Shown piece by piece: positions 18,346 through 27,352 of a stretch of DNA of 64,000 nt. Below the pieces are notes generated by a model, which saw nothing but the letters and a program-made list of their open reading frames with translations, ran no database searches and was not told the DNA's origin. Position numbers and translations under genes: made by a program. Each line of letters starts with the position of its first letter. Position 1 is the first letter of the stretch. This stretch comes from Syntrophaceae bacterium UBA2251 (lineage in GTDB: Bacteria > Desulfobacterota > Syntrophia > Syntrophales > UBA2251), in the NCBI GenBank assembly GCA_002347815.1, contig DDXV01000016.1:3909-67908 (forward strand). Reading direction: 5' to 3'.

Positions 18346-19812
18346 TTATTCCTGGGGACGTTCGTCCACGATGCGCGTCACCTTCAGCGTGGCGCCGGGG
18401 TCGAAGATCTCGGAGAGCGGCACGAACTCCACCTTCGGCGTCAGTTCGACGGCCTTCTTCACCTTCTCCTTCAGGACCTTCTCCAGCGAGGCCAGGTCGG
18501 CCCCTTTATCGGCGCCAACCCGAAGTTTCAGCATATCCATCGAATAGGGATCATCCGCCTTCTCCTTCGTGACGACGAACTGGTACTCGACGACACCCGG
18601 GGTGTCGGCCACGGCATCCCGCATCGTTTCGGGGTTGATCAGGGTTCCCTTCACCTTCATCAACTCCTTGGTCCTCGTTCCGTAGGTGCTCCCCACGGCG
18701 GTCACGATCCGCTGGTCGTTCCGGCCGCAGTGCGGGCACGGCTTGTTGGTGACGGCAACGATGTCTCCCACCAGGTAGCGCAGCAGACAGGTCCCCCGGC
18801 GATCCAGGTGCGTGATGCACAGCAGGCCCGGTTCTCCGTCCGGCTTTCGCTTCCCGTTCTCGTCCACGGCCTCGAAGTAGGATACCTGCGGCGTGCCGGA
18901 ATGGGCGCCGCCCAGTTCCGAGCACTCCTGGAACGCGGTCTGCGCCTCGGTAAAGCCGAAGGCGTTGCAGACATACACATCGTCCGCGCCCATCCCCTGC
19001 AGGCGCCGGCGGATGTCGTCCCGCATCCCCTTGGGCACGGCCTCTCCCAGGGCCTGCAATTTATTGATATTCGAAAGATCCTTCCCCTGCTCCTCGGCCG
19101 TCATGATCAGCCGGCGGATGTACGAGGCGATGCCGGAAATGGCATTGACCTTCTTCCTCTCGATCTGGTCGATCGCCTCCTGCATGGAGCGGTGGATGTT
19201 GTAGGGGAATCCCGGCAGCGGCGCGCCCGTGAAGCCCCAGCACATCGTCATGCCCACGGCGGACGCGAAATGAAACGTCTTGTAGTACCCGATATGGGGA
19301 ATGAAGTGATACGGAAACAGGTTCATCACGATGTCATCCGGTTCGAGGTAGCAGATCTTGCAGCACATCCGGAAGATCCAGGACTGCATGAACATGTCGT
19401 AGGTTGTGTTGTAGAACCGGGAGGGCATGCCCGTCGTCGTGCCGGTGGTGTAGGTGATCTCGTAGAGGATGTACTCCATGACGTGCTCGAAATCCATGTC
19501 GAGCTTGAAGGACTCGCCCCGGTCCTTCATGAAGTCGGCCTTGCTCGTCAGCGGCGCCTTCTCCAGGTCGTCGAGGGTCTTGATGGACTGGTAATCGAGG
19601 CCCCATTCCTTGAACTTTTCCCGGTAGTAGGGGCTGAACTTCCCCAGGCGCTCCATCTGCTTGACCAGCGCCGTTTCCTGGACGGTGCGGATCTCGTCCT
19701 GGCTCTTGAAGGACAGGTCCTGGGGATGGTCGGCCTTGTACAGCGGGATGCTGTTGATCCAGGCCATGACCTCTTCGGGGTTCTTCGGGATTTTGAACGG
19801 CTTGTGCGACAT
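18346..19812 (-). CDS. PaaK-like adenylate-forming CoA ligase (phenylacetate-CoA ligase / F390-synthetase family)
   Basis: MSHKPFKIPKN...LYEITYTTGTTTGMPSRFYNTTYDM...LGGAHSGTPQVSYFE...RTKELMKVKGTLINPE. GGAGG lies 7 nt before the ATG at 19812. Confidence 0.8.
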   Translation of the reverse strand: MSHKPFKIPKNPEEVMAWINSIPLYKADHPQDLSFKSQDEIRTVQETALVKQMERLGKFSPYYREKFKEWGLDYQSIKTLDDLEKAPLTSKADFMKDRGESFKLDMDFEHVMEYILYEITYTTGTTTGMPSRFYNTTYDMFMQSWIFRMCCKICYLEPDDIVMNLFPYHFIPHIGYYKTFHFASAVGMTMCWGFTGAPLPGFPYNIHRSMQEAIDQIERKKVNAISGIASYIRRLIMTAEEQGKDLSNINKLQALGEAVPKGMRDDIRRRLQGMGADDVYVCNAFGFTEAQTAFQECSELGGAHSGTPQVSYFEAVDENGKRKPDGEPGLLCITHLDRRGTCLLRYLVGDIVAVTNKPCPHCGRNDQRIVTAVGSTYGTRTKELMKVKGTLINPETMRDAVADTPGVVEYQFVVTKEKADDPYSMDMLKLRVGADKGADLASLEKVLKEKVKKAVELTPKVEFVPLSEIFDPGATLKVTRIVDERPQE

Positions 19813-19842
19813 CTGATTCCTCCTCATTTATGAATTTGAGAT

Positions 19843-19856
19843 TGACTGATCAATCA
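19843..19856 (-). promoter_or_regulatory. Candidate TetR operator (TGACTGATCAATCA) 31 nt upstream of the PaaK-like start
   Basis: It matches 13 of 14 positions of the perfect palindrome TGACTGATCAGTCA at 25911-25924 in front of the TetR gene. The outer arms GATTGA/TCAATC are also palindromic. Confidence 0.5.
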
Positions 19857-19984
19857 CGCTCTGGACGAAAAACATGCCGGATGCCTTTCCGGGAATTTCA
19901 AACGACCGGGCGCGGATCGGGGGAGGAGCAAGCGAATCAGAACGAGAGCGTCCCCGATAAAAAGCCGATGCCGACCTTTTTCCG

Positions 19985-20740
19985 TCAGCGCGATGGGGCG
20001 CCGCCTGGCGGGCGCGTTTCCAACAACAGCGATGGGGCGGCCGCCCGCGTTTCGCAGGAGGGCGCGTCCGGACCCGACGGCCGGGCCTGAACGGCCCGTC
20101 CGTTCATCAAATTCAACGCCTTCAGACGACCCGAGCGAATCTCTTCACACAACTCGGCCACCCCGTTCACCGGCCGTTCAAAGACCGTCCGGCAGATCCC
20201 CACGGTGTGCAGGGCATGGGAATCGCTGGCGCCCGTCCCCGCGATGTGCATCGCCGCCATGGCCTCGGCCGCCTGCGCTCTCGCCTCGTCGTCATAATCG
20301 GGGTGCTCCGCCTCCAGGCCGTCCACCTTGAAGTCGTAGAGCTGCTTCCCCGCACCGTAATACCCCTCGTCGCCATGGCGAAACTTCTTGAAGGGGTGGG
20401 CGGCAACGACCACCCCGCCCTCCGCGTGGACGAGTTCGATCACCTCCTCCGCCGACCGGCTGGAACCGAGGCTCTTCGGGTATCCGAACACGAGGAACTC
20501 CCCCTGGAAGCGACCGTGACGCCAGTAGCAGGCCACCTCCTGACCGGGAATGATCAGGAGATCCCGGACGCCGCTCGCGCGGCGAAGCTGTTCAATCTGG
20601 TCGTCGCTCCAGCGGATGCCGTGCTCCGTCAGGGCAATCCCGTCCAGACCCACGGCCCGTGCCTTCTTGAGAAGTTTCGCCGGATCGATATTGCTGCAGC
20701 CGGAGTACCGGTTCGTGTGAATGTGGAGATCGATGTCCAT
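19985..20740 (-). CDS. PHP-domain metal-dependent phosphoesterase
   Basis: MDIDLHIHTNRYSGCSNI...GIALTEHG...VAAHPF...GASDSHAL are typical PHP His/Asp motifs. The start is 8 nt after the upstream ACAD stop. The C-terminal ~40 aa are low complexity. Confidence 0.8.
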   Translation of the reverse strand: MDIDLHIHTNRYSGCSNIDPAKLLKKARAVGLDGIALTEHGIRWSDDQIEQLRRASGVRDLLIIPGQEVACYWRHGRFQGEFLVFGYPKSLGSSRSAEEVIELVHAEGGVVVAAHPFKKFRHGDEGYYGAGKQLYDFKVDGLEAEHPDYDDEARAQAAEAMAAMHIAGTGASDSHALHTVGICRTVFERPVNGVAELCEEIRSGRLKALNLMNGRAVQARPSGPDAPSCETRAAAPSLLLETRPPGGAPSR

Positions 20741-20747
20741 GGACGGC

Positions 20748-21887
20748 TTAGAATCCCATCTGCTTGCCGATGACTTCATTCATGATCTCGTACGTCCCGC
20801 CGCCGATGGAGAAGAGCCGCGAATCGCGGTAGAGCCGCTCCACCAGATACTCCCGGCAGTAGCCGTAACCGCCGTGGATCTGCACGGCGTCGTAGACGAT
20901 CCGGTCGCAGACCTTCGTGGCGAAATTCTTGGCCATGCAGACATCCCGGTAGGCGTTCATCCCCTCGCCGATCATGGCCGCCACGCGGTAGTTGAACTGC
21001 TTGGAGGCCTCCAGCAGCGTCGCCATTTCGGCGAGTTTGTGGCGCGTCACCTGGAACCCCGTCAGGGGCTTGCCGAAGGCCGTGCGCTCCTTGGCGTACC
21101 GGACGGACTCCTCGAGGGCCATCTCCGCCACGGCGTGGGCCTCGACCGCCAGATAGAGGCGCTCCTTCTGGAAGTTGAGCATGATCCCGTAGAAGCCCTT
21201 GTTCTCCTGTCCGAGCAGATTCTCCGCCGGAACGACACAGTCTTCGAAGGAGAGCTCCGCCGTATCGGAGGCCCACCAGCCCATCTTCTCCAGTTTCTTG
21301 GAAACCGTGAATCCGGGGGTTCCCCGCTCGATGACGAGCAGGCTGATGCCGCCGTGCCCCGGGCCGCCGGTGCGGACGGCCGTGGTGACATAGTCCGCCC
21401 GGGTGCCGCTCGTGATGAAGGTCTTCGACCCGTTGACGATGAACGTGTCGCCCTTGCGGACGGCCCGGGTCAGCAGGTTCGCCACGTCGGAGCCGCCGCT
21501 GGGTTCGGTCACGCCGAGGACGGCCACCTGATCGCCGGCCAGGACGGGGGGAACGTATTTTCGTTTCTGCGCCTCCGTCCCCAGGGCCAGGATCGGGGGA
21601 ACCGCAATGGCGCTGGAACCCAGGCTGGAGACGAGTCCCACAGACCCGCAGCGGAGGATCTCCTCCGTGTAGGCCACCTGATGGAAGATGTCCGCGGGCG
21701 TTCCGCCATATTCCTCCGGTGATCCGAGGCCGAGGAAGCCCGCGTCGCCGGCCTTTTTGTAGAGTTCGAGGGGAAAGGTTCCTTCCTCCTCCCAATGCTC
21801 GATATGGGGCTTGATCTCCCGCTCCACGAATTTGCGGATGCTGGCCCGCAGCATCTCGTGCGATTCTCCGAAATAGCTTACGTACAC
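20748..21887 (-). CDS. Acyl-CoA dehydrogenase (379 aa)
   Basis: ...ESHEMLRASIRKFVEREIKPHIEHWEEEGTFP...GVTEPSGGSDVANL...IHGGYGYCREYLVERLYRDSRLFSIGGGTYEIM. Start assigned to the GTG at 21887 behind GGGAGAGG. The ORF is open to 21971, but that would overlap the upstream gene. Confidence 0.85.
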   Translation of the reverse strand: MYVSYFGESHEMLRASIRKFVEREIKPHIEHWEEEGTFPLELYKKAGDAGFLGLGSPEEYGGTPADIFHQVAYTEEILRCGSVGLVSSLGSSAIAVPPILALGTEAQKRKYVPPVLAGDQVAVLGVTEPSGGSDVANLLTRAVRKGDTFIVNGSKTFITSGTRADYVTTAVRTGGPGHGGISLLVIERGTPGFTVSKKLEKMGWWASDTAELSFEDCVVPAENLLGQENKGFYGIMLNFQKERLYLAVEAHAVAEMALEESVRYAKERTAFGKPLTGFQVTRHKLAEMATLLEASKQFNYRVAAMIGEGMNAYRDVCMAKNFATKVCDRIVYDAVQIHGGYGYCREYLVERLYRDSRLFSIGGGTYEIMNEVIGKQMGF

Positions 21888-21918
21888 GCCCTGACCTCTC
21901 CCTTCTCGTTTGTTCGTT

Positions 21919-22785
21919 TCATGCCGCCCCGGCCTGTAGCACGGGCGTATAAAGATCCTCGTAACGGCCATCCGTCTGTCCTTCCCGGAAGCTCCGCTCG
22001 ACGTGGCTCGTGGTCCCCCCGAGAATGATGCGTTGATCGTGGAAACGGAGCCCCGCGGGTCGCAGGCTGATCAGGGCCAGGTCATCCTTGGCGATGTCCC
22101 CGGCGTCGTAGCCGTCGATCAGAATATCCGGAATATCCTCCACCGGATGTTCTTCGAAAAGCCCGCGGATAAAATCCTCCCGGCGTTCCGGCGGCGGCGT
22201 CCTGAGATAGGTGAAGCCGTCCGTGGAAAGAAGCAACCGGGATTCATCCGAAAAGGATATGTACTCCACCTGGAAAAACCGGGGGGTCCGACCCACCATC
22301 CAGAAATTGCTCCGGGTGACCTGGAGAACCGTCGCGGCGCCCAGGTCATAATGCAGAAGGAGGCTGTCGCCGGTGTGAAGAAGCAGGCCCCGGCATCCCG
22401 TCGCCGCCTTCAGGATCAGAATGCCGGTGAAGGTGCAACTGTCCGTAAAGGACATCTCCCCCAGGATCTTCTCGGATTGACGTTCCACTTCCTCTCTGAG
22501 CGCCGCCTGCTGCGCATCGTCGAAGGATCGTGGGGCGCCGATGCCGTCCAATCCCTCCAGCAGGCCGGCAAACCGGAGCATGAAGGCCCGCGAGGACGAG
22601 GAATTGCGCTCCGAACTGTCGGCGACGGCGAAGAATCCCTTGCGGAAGTCCAGGAGCATGCAGTCCCCGACCCCCATCAGGTAGTCCGGCCGTCCGGACC
22701 CGGAACGCAACCGCGCACCCAGGAATCCGCCACACCGCACGGCCCGGCGCCCCTGATTGAGGAATATCGATCCCTTCCCCGCCAT
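21919..22785 (-). CDS. SpoIIE/PP2C-like phosphatase-fold protein (divergent), 288 aa
   Basis: By eye: GDCMLLDFRKGFFAVADSSE resembles GDfyd...igDvsGhG, LLLSTDGFTY resembles lytDGl.e, and DDLALISL resembles DDit.l. The GHG element is not conserved. No database search was possible. Confidence 0.5.
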   Translation of the reverse strand: MAGKGSIFLNQGRRAVRCGGFLGARLRSGSGRPDYLMGVGDCMLLDFRKGFFAVADSSERNSSSSRAFMLRFAGLLEGLDGIGAPRSFDDAQQAALREEVERQSEKILGEMSFTDSCTFTGILILKAATGCRGLLLHTGDSLLLHYDLGAATVLQVTRSNFWMVGRTPRFFQVEYISFSDESRLLLSTDGFTYLRTPPPERREDFIRGLFEEHPVEDIPDILIDGYDAGDIAKDDLALISLRPAGLRFHDQRIILGGTTSHVERSFREGQTDGRYEDLYTPVLQAGAA

Positions 22786-22848
22786 CCCGTCACTCCGCGA
22801 GATCTTCGAAGATCCCGATCTTTCCGTTTGCGCTGAAGACTTTGCCTT

Positions 22849-23301
22849 TCAGGGTTTGCGCCCGACGAGGGCCCGGGTCGTATAGATCACGACGTCTTCT
22901 CCCCGCTGGTTCTTGATCGAATTCTTGGAAACGATGACGCCCCGCTTGTCGTCCTTGGCCTGGAGATCCATGATCTCCCCTTCGCAATGGATGGTGTCCC
23001 CGATCTTGACCGCCCCGACGAAGCGGACGGAATCCATCCCGTAGAAGGCGATGAACGACTTGGGCAGGGCCACATAGGGTCCCAGTCGGAAAATCAGCGC
23101 GCTGCCGACGCACAGGCTCAGCATCCCGTGGGCGATGCGCTCGCCGAAGAAGGTCTTTTTCGCGAATTCCACATCCGTGTGGAGCGGATGCCAGTCCCCC
23201 GTGAAGGCGGCGAACAACGTGATGTCGGTCTCGGTGATCGTGCGCGCCGGAGAGATAAATTTTTCGCCTACGGTGTAATCCTCAAAATACGATTTCTCCA
23301 T
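22849..23301 (-). CDS. MaoC-like (R)-specific enoyl-CoA hydratase (hotdog fold)
   Basis: ITETDITLFAAFTGDWHPLHTDVEFAKKTFFGERIAHGML; 150 aa. Confidence 0.88.
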   Translation of the reverse strand: MEKSYFEDYTVGEKFISPARTITETDITLFAAFTGDWHPLHTDVEFAKKTFFGERIAHGMLSLCVGSALIFRLGPYVALPKSFIAFYGMDSVRFVGAVKIGDTIHCEGEIMDLQAKDDKRGVIVSKNSIKNQRGEDVVIYTTRALVGRKP

Positions 23302-23337
23302 CCTGTGTTGCCTCCTTCAATCCATGTCGGTTTATGC

Positions 23338-25140
23338 CTAGAGGTAATCCTCCGGAATCTCAACGGCCGTCGTATCTTCCATCCGGATGATCCGCGCGCG
23401 CCCAAAAACCTGGGGCAGGAAATTGCGGCAGTAGTAACGCACCGTCTCCACCTTTCCCCTGTAAAACGCCTGGTCGGCCGCCCCGCATTGACCCCGCTCA
23501 AGCGTCCCGAGGGCGATCATTCCCTGTTCCAGCAGGAGATGGGCAATGGCCACCTCCGCCGCGCAGTCCAGGAACCGGGTCGACGTCAACGGCACCAGAT
23601 CGAGCTTTCCCTCGCCGAGATACCTTGCGTAGTCCAGGGCGAGCCCCGCCACGGTCCGCAGGGCCTCCTCCAGAATTTCCAGCTCACGGGAGAAGGCCTT
23701 CTCCGCCTTGTGGGCCCCGATGAAGGCCGTGATTTCTTCGATCCAGCCCTTAAAGACGGCGCCGCCGCCCATGCTCAGCTTCCGGCCGACTAGGTCGGCC
23801 GACTGGATGAAGTTCGTCCCGTCCCAGATGGAGAAGATCTTGCAATCCCGGGTGTACTGCTCCACCGGGTACTCCTTCGTGAAGCCGTACCCGCCCAGGA
23901 TCTGGATCCCCTCCCGGCCCATCTCGAAGATCCGGTCCGAACAGTACGCCTTGACGAGCGGCGTGAAGAGTTCGAGGCGACCCTTTGCCCGCTTCCGCTC
24001 GGCCTCGTCGAGGCTGTTCTTGGCCAGATCCTCCATGAAGTACGTCTTGTAGACCAGGGCCCGCATCCCCTCGGTCAGGGACTTCAGATTCATGAGCATC
24101 CGTCGGACATCCGCATGCTCCACGATCCGCACCCTGGCGCCGCCTTTGCCGAACGGCGTCCCCTGGACCCGCTCCTTGGCGTACGCCAGGACGTTCGCGT
24201 AGATGTTCGCCCCGAAGGCCACCGACTCCAGCCCCACGGCCATGCGGGCCACGTTGACCATCTGGAACATGTAGGCGAGCCCCATGCCGGGTTCGCCAAC
24301 CAGATGGCCGCGGCACCGGCCGTTCTCGCCGAAATTCATGACGCAGGTCGCCGAACCGTTGAGCCCCATCTTGTGCTCGATCCCGATGCAGGACACGTCG
24401 TTGGGCTCCCCCAGGCTTCCGTCCTCGTTCACCCAGATCTTCGGCACCGCGAACAGGGAGACCCCCTTGGCGCCGGCCGGCGCCCCCTCGATCCGGGCAA
24501 TGACCAGGTGGACGATGTTTTCCGTCAGGTCGTGCTCCCCGGAGGTGATGAAGATTTTCGTCCCCTGGATCTTGTAGAAAGGCCCGTCGGGGATCGCCTT
24601 CGTCGAGACCATGTGGGCGTCGGAACCGACCGCCGGCTCCGTCAGGCACATGCCTCCGCCCCAGGTCCCGTCGTACATCTTGGCGCAGAAGAGGTCCTTG
24701 ATCGCCTGGGATCCGTAGTTTTCGATCATGGCGCCGTTGCCCGGCCCCATGCCGGCGAAGCAGCCGAAGGCGAAGTTGGCGCTCATGAAGAATTCCTGGG
24801 CCGCCTCCGCGATGATCAGGGGCACGCCCTGTCCGCCGTAATCGGGCTTGAGCGGCAGGGCGAACCAGCTGCCCTCCTTGAAAACGTTCCAGCAATCGTG
24901 AAACGACCGGGGAACCGTGACCTTGCCCTGGTTGAAATGACACCCTTCGCGATCGCCGTCCTGAAAGGTCGGCGCAATGTCGTTGGCCGCGATCTTCTGG
25001 GCCTGATCGAGGATCATGTCGAAATCCTCCATCGAAAAGGCCGAATACGGCTCGAATTCAAGCAGACGCTGAGTTCCCAGATGTTCCTTCAGAACGAACT
25101 TGACGTCCCGGTCATCGCGTTTGTAAAAATTCTGCCCCAT
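23338..25140 (-). CDS. Long acyl-CoA dehydrogenase (~600 aa, with C-terminal helical extension)
   Basis: MGQNFYKRDDRDVKFVLKEHLG...CLTEPAVGSDAHMVSTKA...IFITSGEHDLTENIVHLVIARIEGAPAGAKGVSLF...ILGGYGFTKEYPVEQYTRDCKIFSIWDGTNFIQ. GGGAGG lies 6 nt before the ATG at 25140. Confidence 0.88.
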   Translation of the reverse strand: MGQNFYKRDDRDVKFVLKEHLGTQRLLEFEPYSAFSMEDFDMILDQAQKIAANDIAPTFQDGDREGCHFNQGKVTVPRSFHDCWNVFKEGSWFALPLKPDYGGQGVPLIIAEAAQEFFMSANFAFGCFAGMGPGNGAMIENYGSQAIKDLFCAKMYDGTWGGGMCLTEPAVGSDAHMVSTKAIPDGPFYKIQGTKIFITSGEHDLTENIVHLVIARIEGAPAGAKGVSLFAVPKIWVNEDGSLGEPNDVSCIGIEHKMGLNGSATCVMNFGENGRCRGHLVGEPGMGLAYMFQMVNVARMAVGLESVAFGANIYANVLAYAKERVQGTPFGKGGARVRIVEHADVRRMLMNLKSLTEGMRALVYKTYFMEDLAKNSLDEAERKRAKGRLELFTPLVKAYCSDRIFEMGREGIQILGGYGFTKEYPVEQYTRDCKIFSIWDGTNFIQSADLVGRKLSMGGGAVFKGWIEEITAFIGAHKAEKAFSRELEILEEALRTVAGLALDYARYLGEGKLDLVPLTSTRFLDCAAEVAIAHLLLEQGMIALGTLERGQCGAADQAFYRGKVETVRYYCRNFLPQVFGRARIIRMEDTTAVEIPEDYL

Positions 25141-25269
25141 GAAAACCTCCCTCAAGAATTTGGCATCGGGCGCCGGACATCGGGCTTCGGGACCTTGAGC
25201 CCCGGCACGTTCCGATCCTTCCCGCGAACCGGCGCTCCGCCGGGAACCCCGGCCCGGCCGATCGTTCTC

Positions 25270-25887
25270 TTAAGATTTTTCGTCCTCCCCCTTCTTGGAA
25301 AACCCTCGCCGCAGGACCTTCATGATCTGATCCCGTGCTTCCTCGACGGGAAACTCCTCCTTGTTGAATTCCGGATTGTAGACGTACTGCCGGATCGTGG
25401 CATCCACCGCCCCGTGCATGATGTAGGTGGCCATGATCGGCGAGACGTCCGCGGCGAAGACGCCCTTCTCCTGCCCCTCGTGAAAGATCTCCATCAGGCC
25501 GCGGAAGAACAGGTTGTAGAGTTTCCAGTTTTCCGGATTGTAGAATTTGTCCAGGCGAGGCACATCCATGATCAGAACCTTGAGGAGATCGGGATTTTGC
25601 CGGTAACTGCGGAAGATGAAGTCGATCACCATCCCCAGTTGTTCCTCCGGACCGGCCCCCTGCTCCCGCGCCTGCTGCACCTTGCCGATCAGGAGATTCC
25701 AGCGTTCCTGAAAAATGGAGATGAGGATGTCGTCCTTGCTGCGGAAGTAGTGGTATAGAGAGCCATACGCCACCCCGGCCTCGTTCGAGATATCCAGGGT
25801 CCGGCTGGAGTAGTACCCCTTCTCGGCAAAGACCTTGATGGCGGCGTTCAGGATGATGTCCTTCTTCTGTGTGGTTGCTTCATCCAT
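25270..25887 (-). CDS. TetR/AcrR family transcriptional regulator
   Basis: KKDIILNAAIKVFAEKGYYSSRTLDISNEAGVAYGSLYHYFRSKDDIL is a TetR N-terminal HTH. Confidence 0.9.
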   Translation of the reverse strand: MDEATTQKKDIILNAAIKVFAEKGYYSSRTLDISNEAGVAYGSLYHYFRSKDDILISIFQERWNLLIGKVQQAREQGAGPEEQLGMVIDFIFRSYRQNPDLLKVLIMDVPRLDKFYNPENWKLYNLFFRGLMEIFHEGQEKGVFAADVSPIMATYIMHGAVDATIRQYVYNPEFNKEEFPVEEARDQIMKVLRRGFSKKGEDEKS

Positions 25888-25910
25888 AAGCGGGTCCCCC
25901 GTCCGTGAAG

Positions 25911-25924
25911 TGACTGATCAGTCA
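25911..25924 (-). promoter_or_regulatory. Perfect 14-bp palindrome TGACTGATCAGTCA; candidate TetR auto-operator
   Basis: It lies 24 nt upstream of the TetR ATG and 10-23 nt downstream of the predicted -10 element. A near-identical copy is at 19843-19856. Confidence 0.55.
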
Positions 25925-25933
25925 ATCCACACA

Positions 25934-25962
25934 CTCATAGTGATAAAACCGACGCCTGTCAA
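25934..25962 (-). promoter_or_regulatory. Putative sigma70-type promoter of the TetR-headed operon
   Basis: The minus strand reads TTGACA (25962-25957), N17, TATGAG (25939-25934). Confidence 0.45.
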
Positions 25963-25985
25963 TCAATAAATTCCGCCGGGGCGGA
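25963..25985 (-). terminator. Weak intrinsic terminator candidate after mdh
   Basis: The minus-sense RNA UCCGC-CCCG-GCGGA is followed by AUUUAUUGAUUG. The stem is short, so support is low. Confidence 0.3.
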
Positions 25986-26040
25986 TATATTTTCAAGAAC
26001 CCGGGATCACGGGAGAATCAAACGTTTTCGCCCTTGCCCG

Positions 26041-26979
26041 TCACGATGCGCCGAGCCTCTTCATGACCGCCAGGAGTTCCGCCACGGAGGCCGCCGACTG
26101 CTTCAGCGCCGCCATCTCGGTTTCGGTCAGCTTGAGCGCGATGATCTGTTCGATCCCCCCGGCGCCCAGCTTGACCGGCACCCCCATAAACAGACCCCGA
26201 ATCCCGTACTCGCCGTCCAGGTACGCGGCACAGGGGAGGATCTTCTTCCTGTCTCTCAGGATCGCCTCCGTCATTTCGACGGCGGCCGAGGCCGGTGCGT
26301 AGTAGGCGCTGCCCGTTTTCAGGAGCTGGACGATCTCGGCGCCCCCCTGCCGGGTCCGCTCGACCAGCGCGGCGATTCTCTCCTCCGGGATCAGTTCCGT
26401 GATGGGCACCCCGGCCACGGTGGAATACCGGGGGAGCGGGACCATCGTGTCTCCGTGTCCCCCGAGAACGCTGGCGTGAACGTTGTCCGCGGAAACTTCG
26501 AGCTCCATCGCGATGAAGGCCCGGAACCGCGCCGCATCCAGAACGCCGGCCATGCCCACGACCCGCTCCCGGGGAAAACCGCTGGCCTCGAAGGCGACGT
26601 GGCACATGGCGTCCAGCGGATTGCTCACGACGATCAGGATGGCGTGCGGAGAATGGCGGACGGCTTCGGTCACCACCTGCCGCACGATCTTCATGTTCGT
26701 CGCGATCAGGTCGTCCCGGCTCATCCCCGGCTTCCGGGCGATGCCGGCCGTCACGATGACGATATCCGAGTCGGTCGAATCCGCGTAACGGTTCGTCCCG
26801 ACGATCCGGGAATCGTGGCGCTCGATGGGGGCCGCCTCCATCAAATCGAGGGCCTTGCCCTGGGGGACCCCCTCCACGATATCGACGAGGCAGACATCGC
26901 ACAGCGCCTTCTCCGCGAGACGCTGGGCCGCCGTGGCGCCCACATTCCCGGCACCGACCACCGTGACCTTTTTCTGCAT
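26041..26979 (-). CDS. mdh: Malate dehydrogenase (LDH-like MDH family)
   Basis: [22 protein letters not shown]...[19 protein letters not shown]...VVSNPLDAM...[11 protein letters not shown]. Confidence 0.92.
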   Translation of the reverse strand: MQKKVTVVGAGNVGATAAQRLAEKALCDVCLVDIVEGVPQGKALDLMEAAPIERHDSRIVGTNRYADSTDSDIVIVTAGIARKPGMSRDDLIATNMKIVRQVVTEAVRHSPHAILIVVSNPLDAMCHVAFEASGFPRERVVGMAGVLDAARFRAFIAMELEVSADNVHASVLGGHGDTMVPLPRYSTVAGVPITELIPEERIAALVERTRQGGAEIVQLLKTGSAYYAPASAAVEMTEAILRDRKKILPCAAYLDGEYGIRGLFMGVPVKLGAGGIEQIIALKLTETEMAALKQSAASVAELLAVMKRLGAS

Positions 26980-27352
26980 GCAAATCCCCCTTTTCGGCTT
27001 GACGCGCGGGGACGCTCACGACGAATACCGGAAACGGAAAGCCCGCCGCGCGCTTCGACCGTCTCCTTATCTCAAATCGTCGCCGAACTCAAGAGAGGGA
27101 ATGACATGAAACGCGGACGCCCACGAGAAGGCTGCTCCCCCGGGGACACCGTTTCCGTCGAGAGCGGAGAGGCGAAATCCGACGGGCGCGCCCCCTTCAT
27201 TTTCCGGTTGCAATTCCGCCCAGGAAAGGGTAGAAGTTACCGCTTTTCTGAATGATTCAGGCGGGGGGAGAACCACGCTGCGTTGAGGAACACGCCACCG
27301 GGACGGCAGCCTGATCCCGGCGGGGCAAAAAGACCCACCAAGGAGGAAGGGT

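Noticed and set aside
19857-19984. A terminator for the PHP gene (CCGGA-AAGGCA-TCCGG followed by CATGTTTTTCG).
   Set aside because: The stem is only 5 bp, and the U-run is interrupted and offset. This is too weak to call.
27020-27352. A possible riboswitch (for example cyclic-di-AMP or glmS-type) in the 330-nt mdh/glmM divergent region.
   Set aside because: Some GGGGAGAACC-like strings are present, but none of the conserved multi-helix signatures could be matched by eye. This would need a covariance-model scan.
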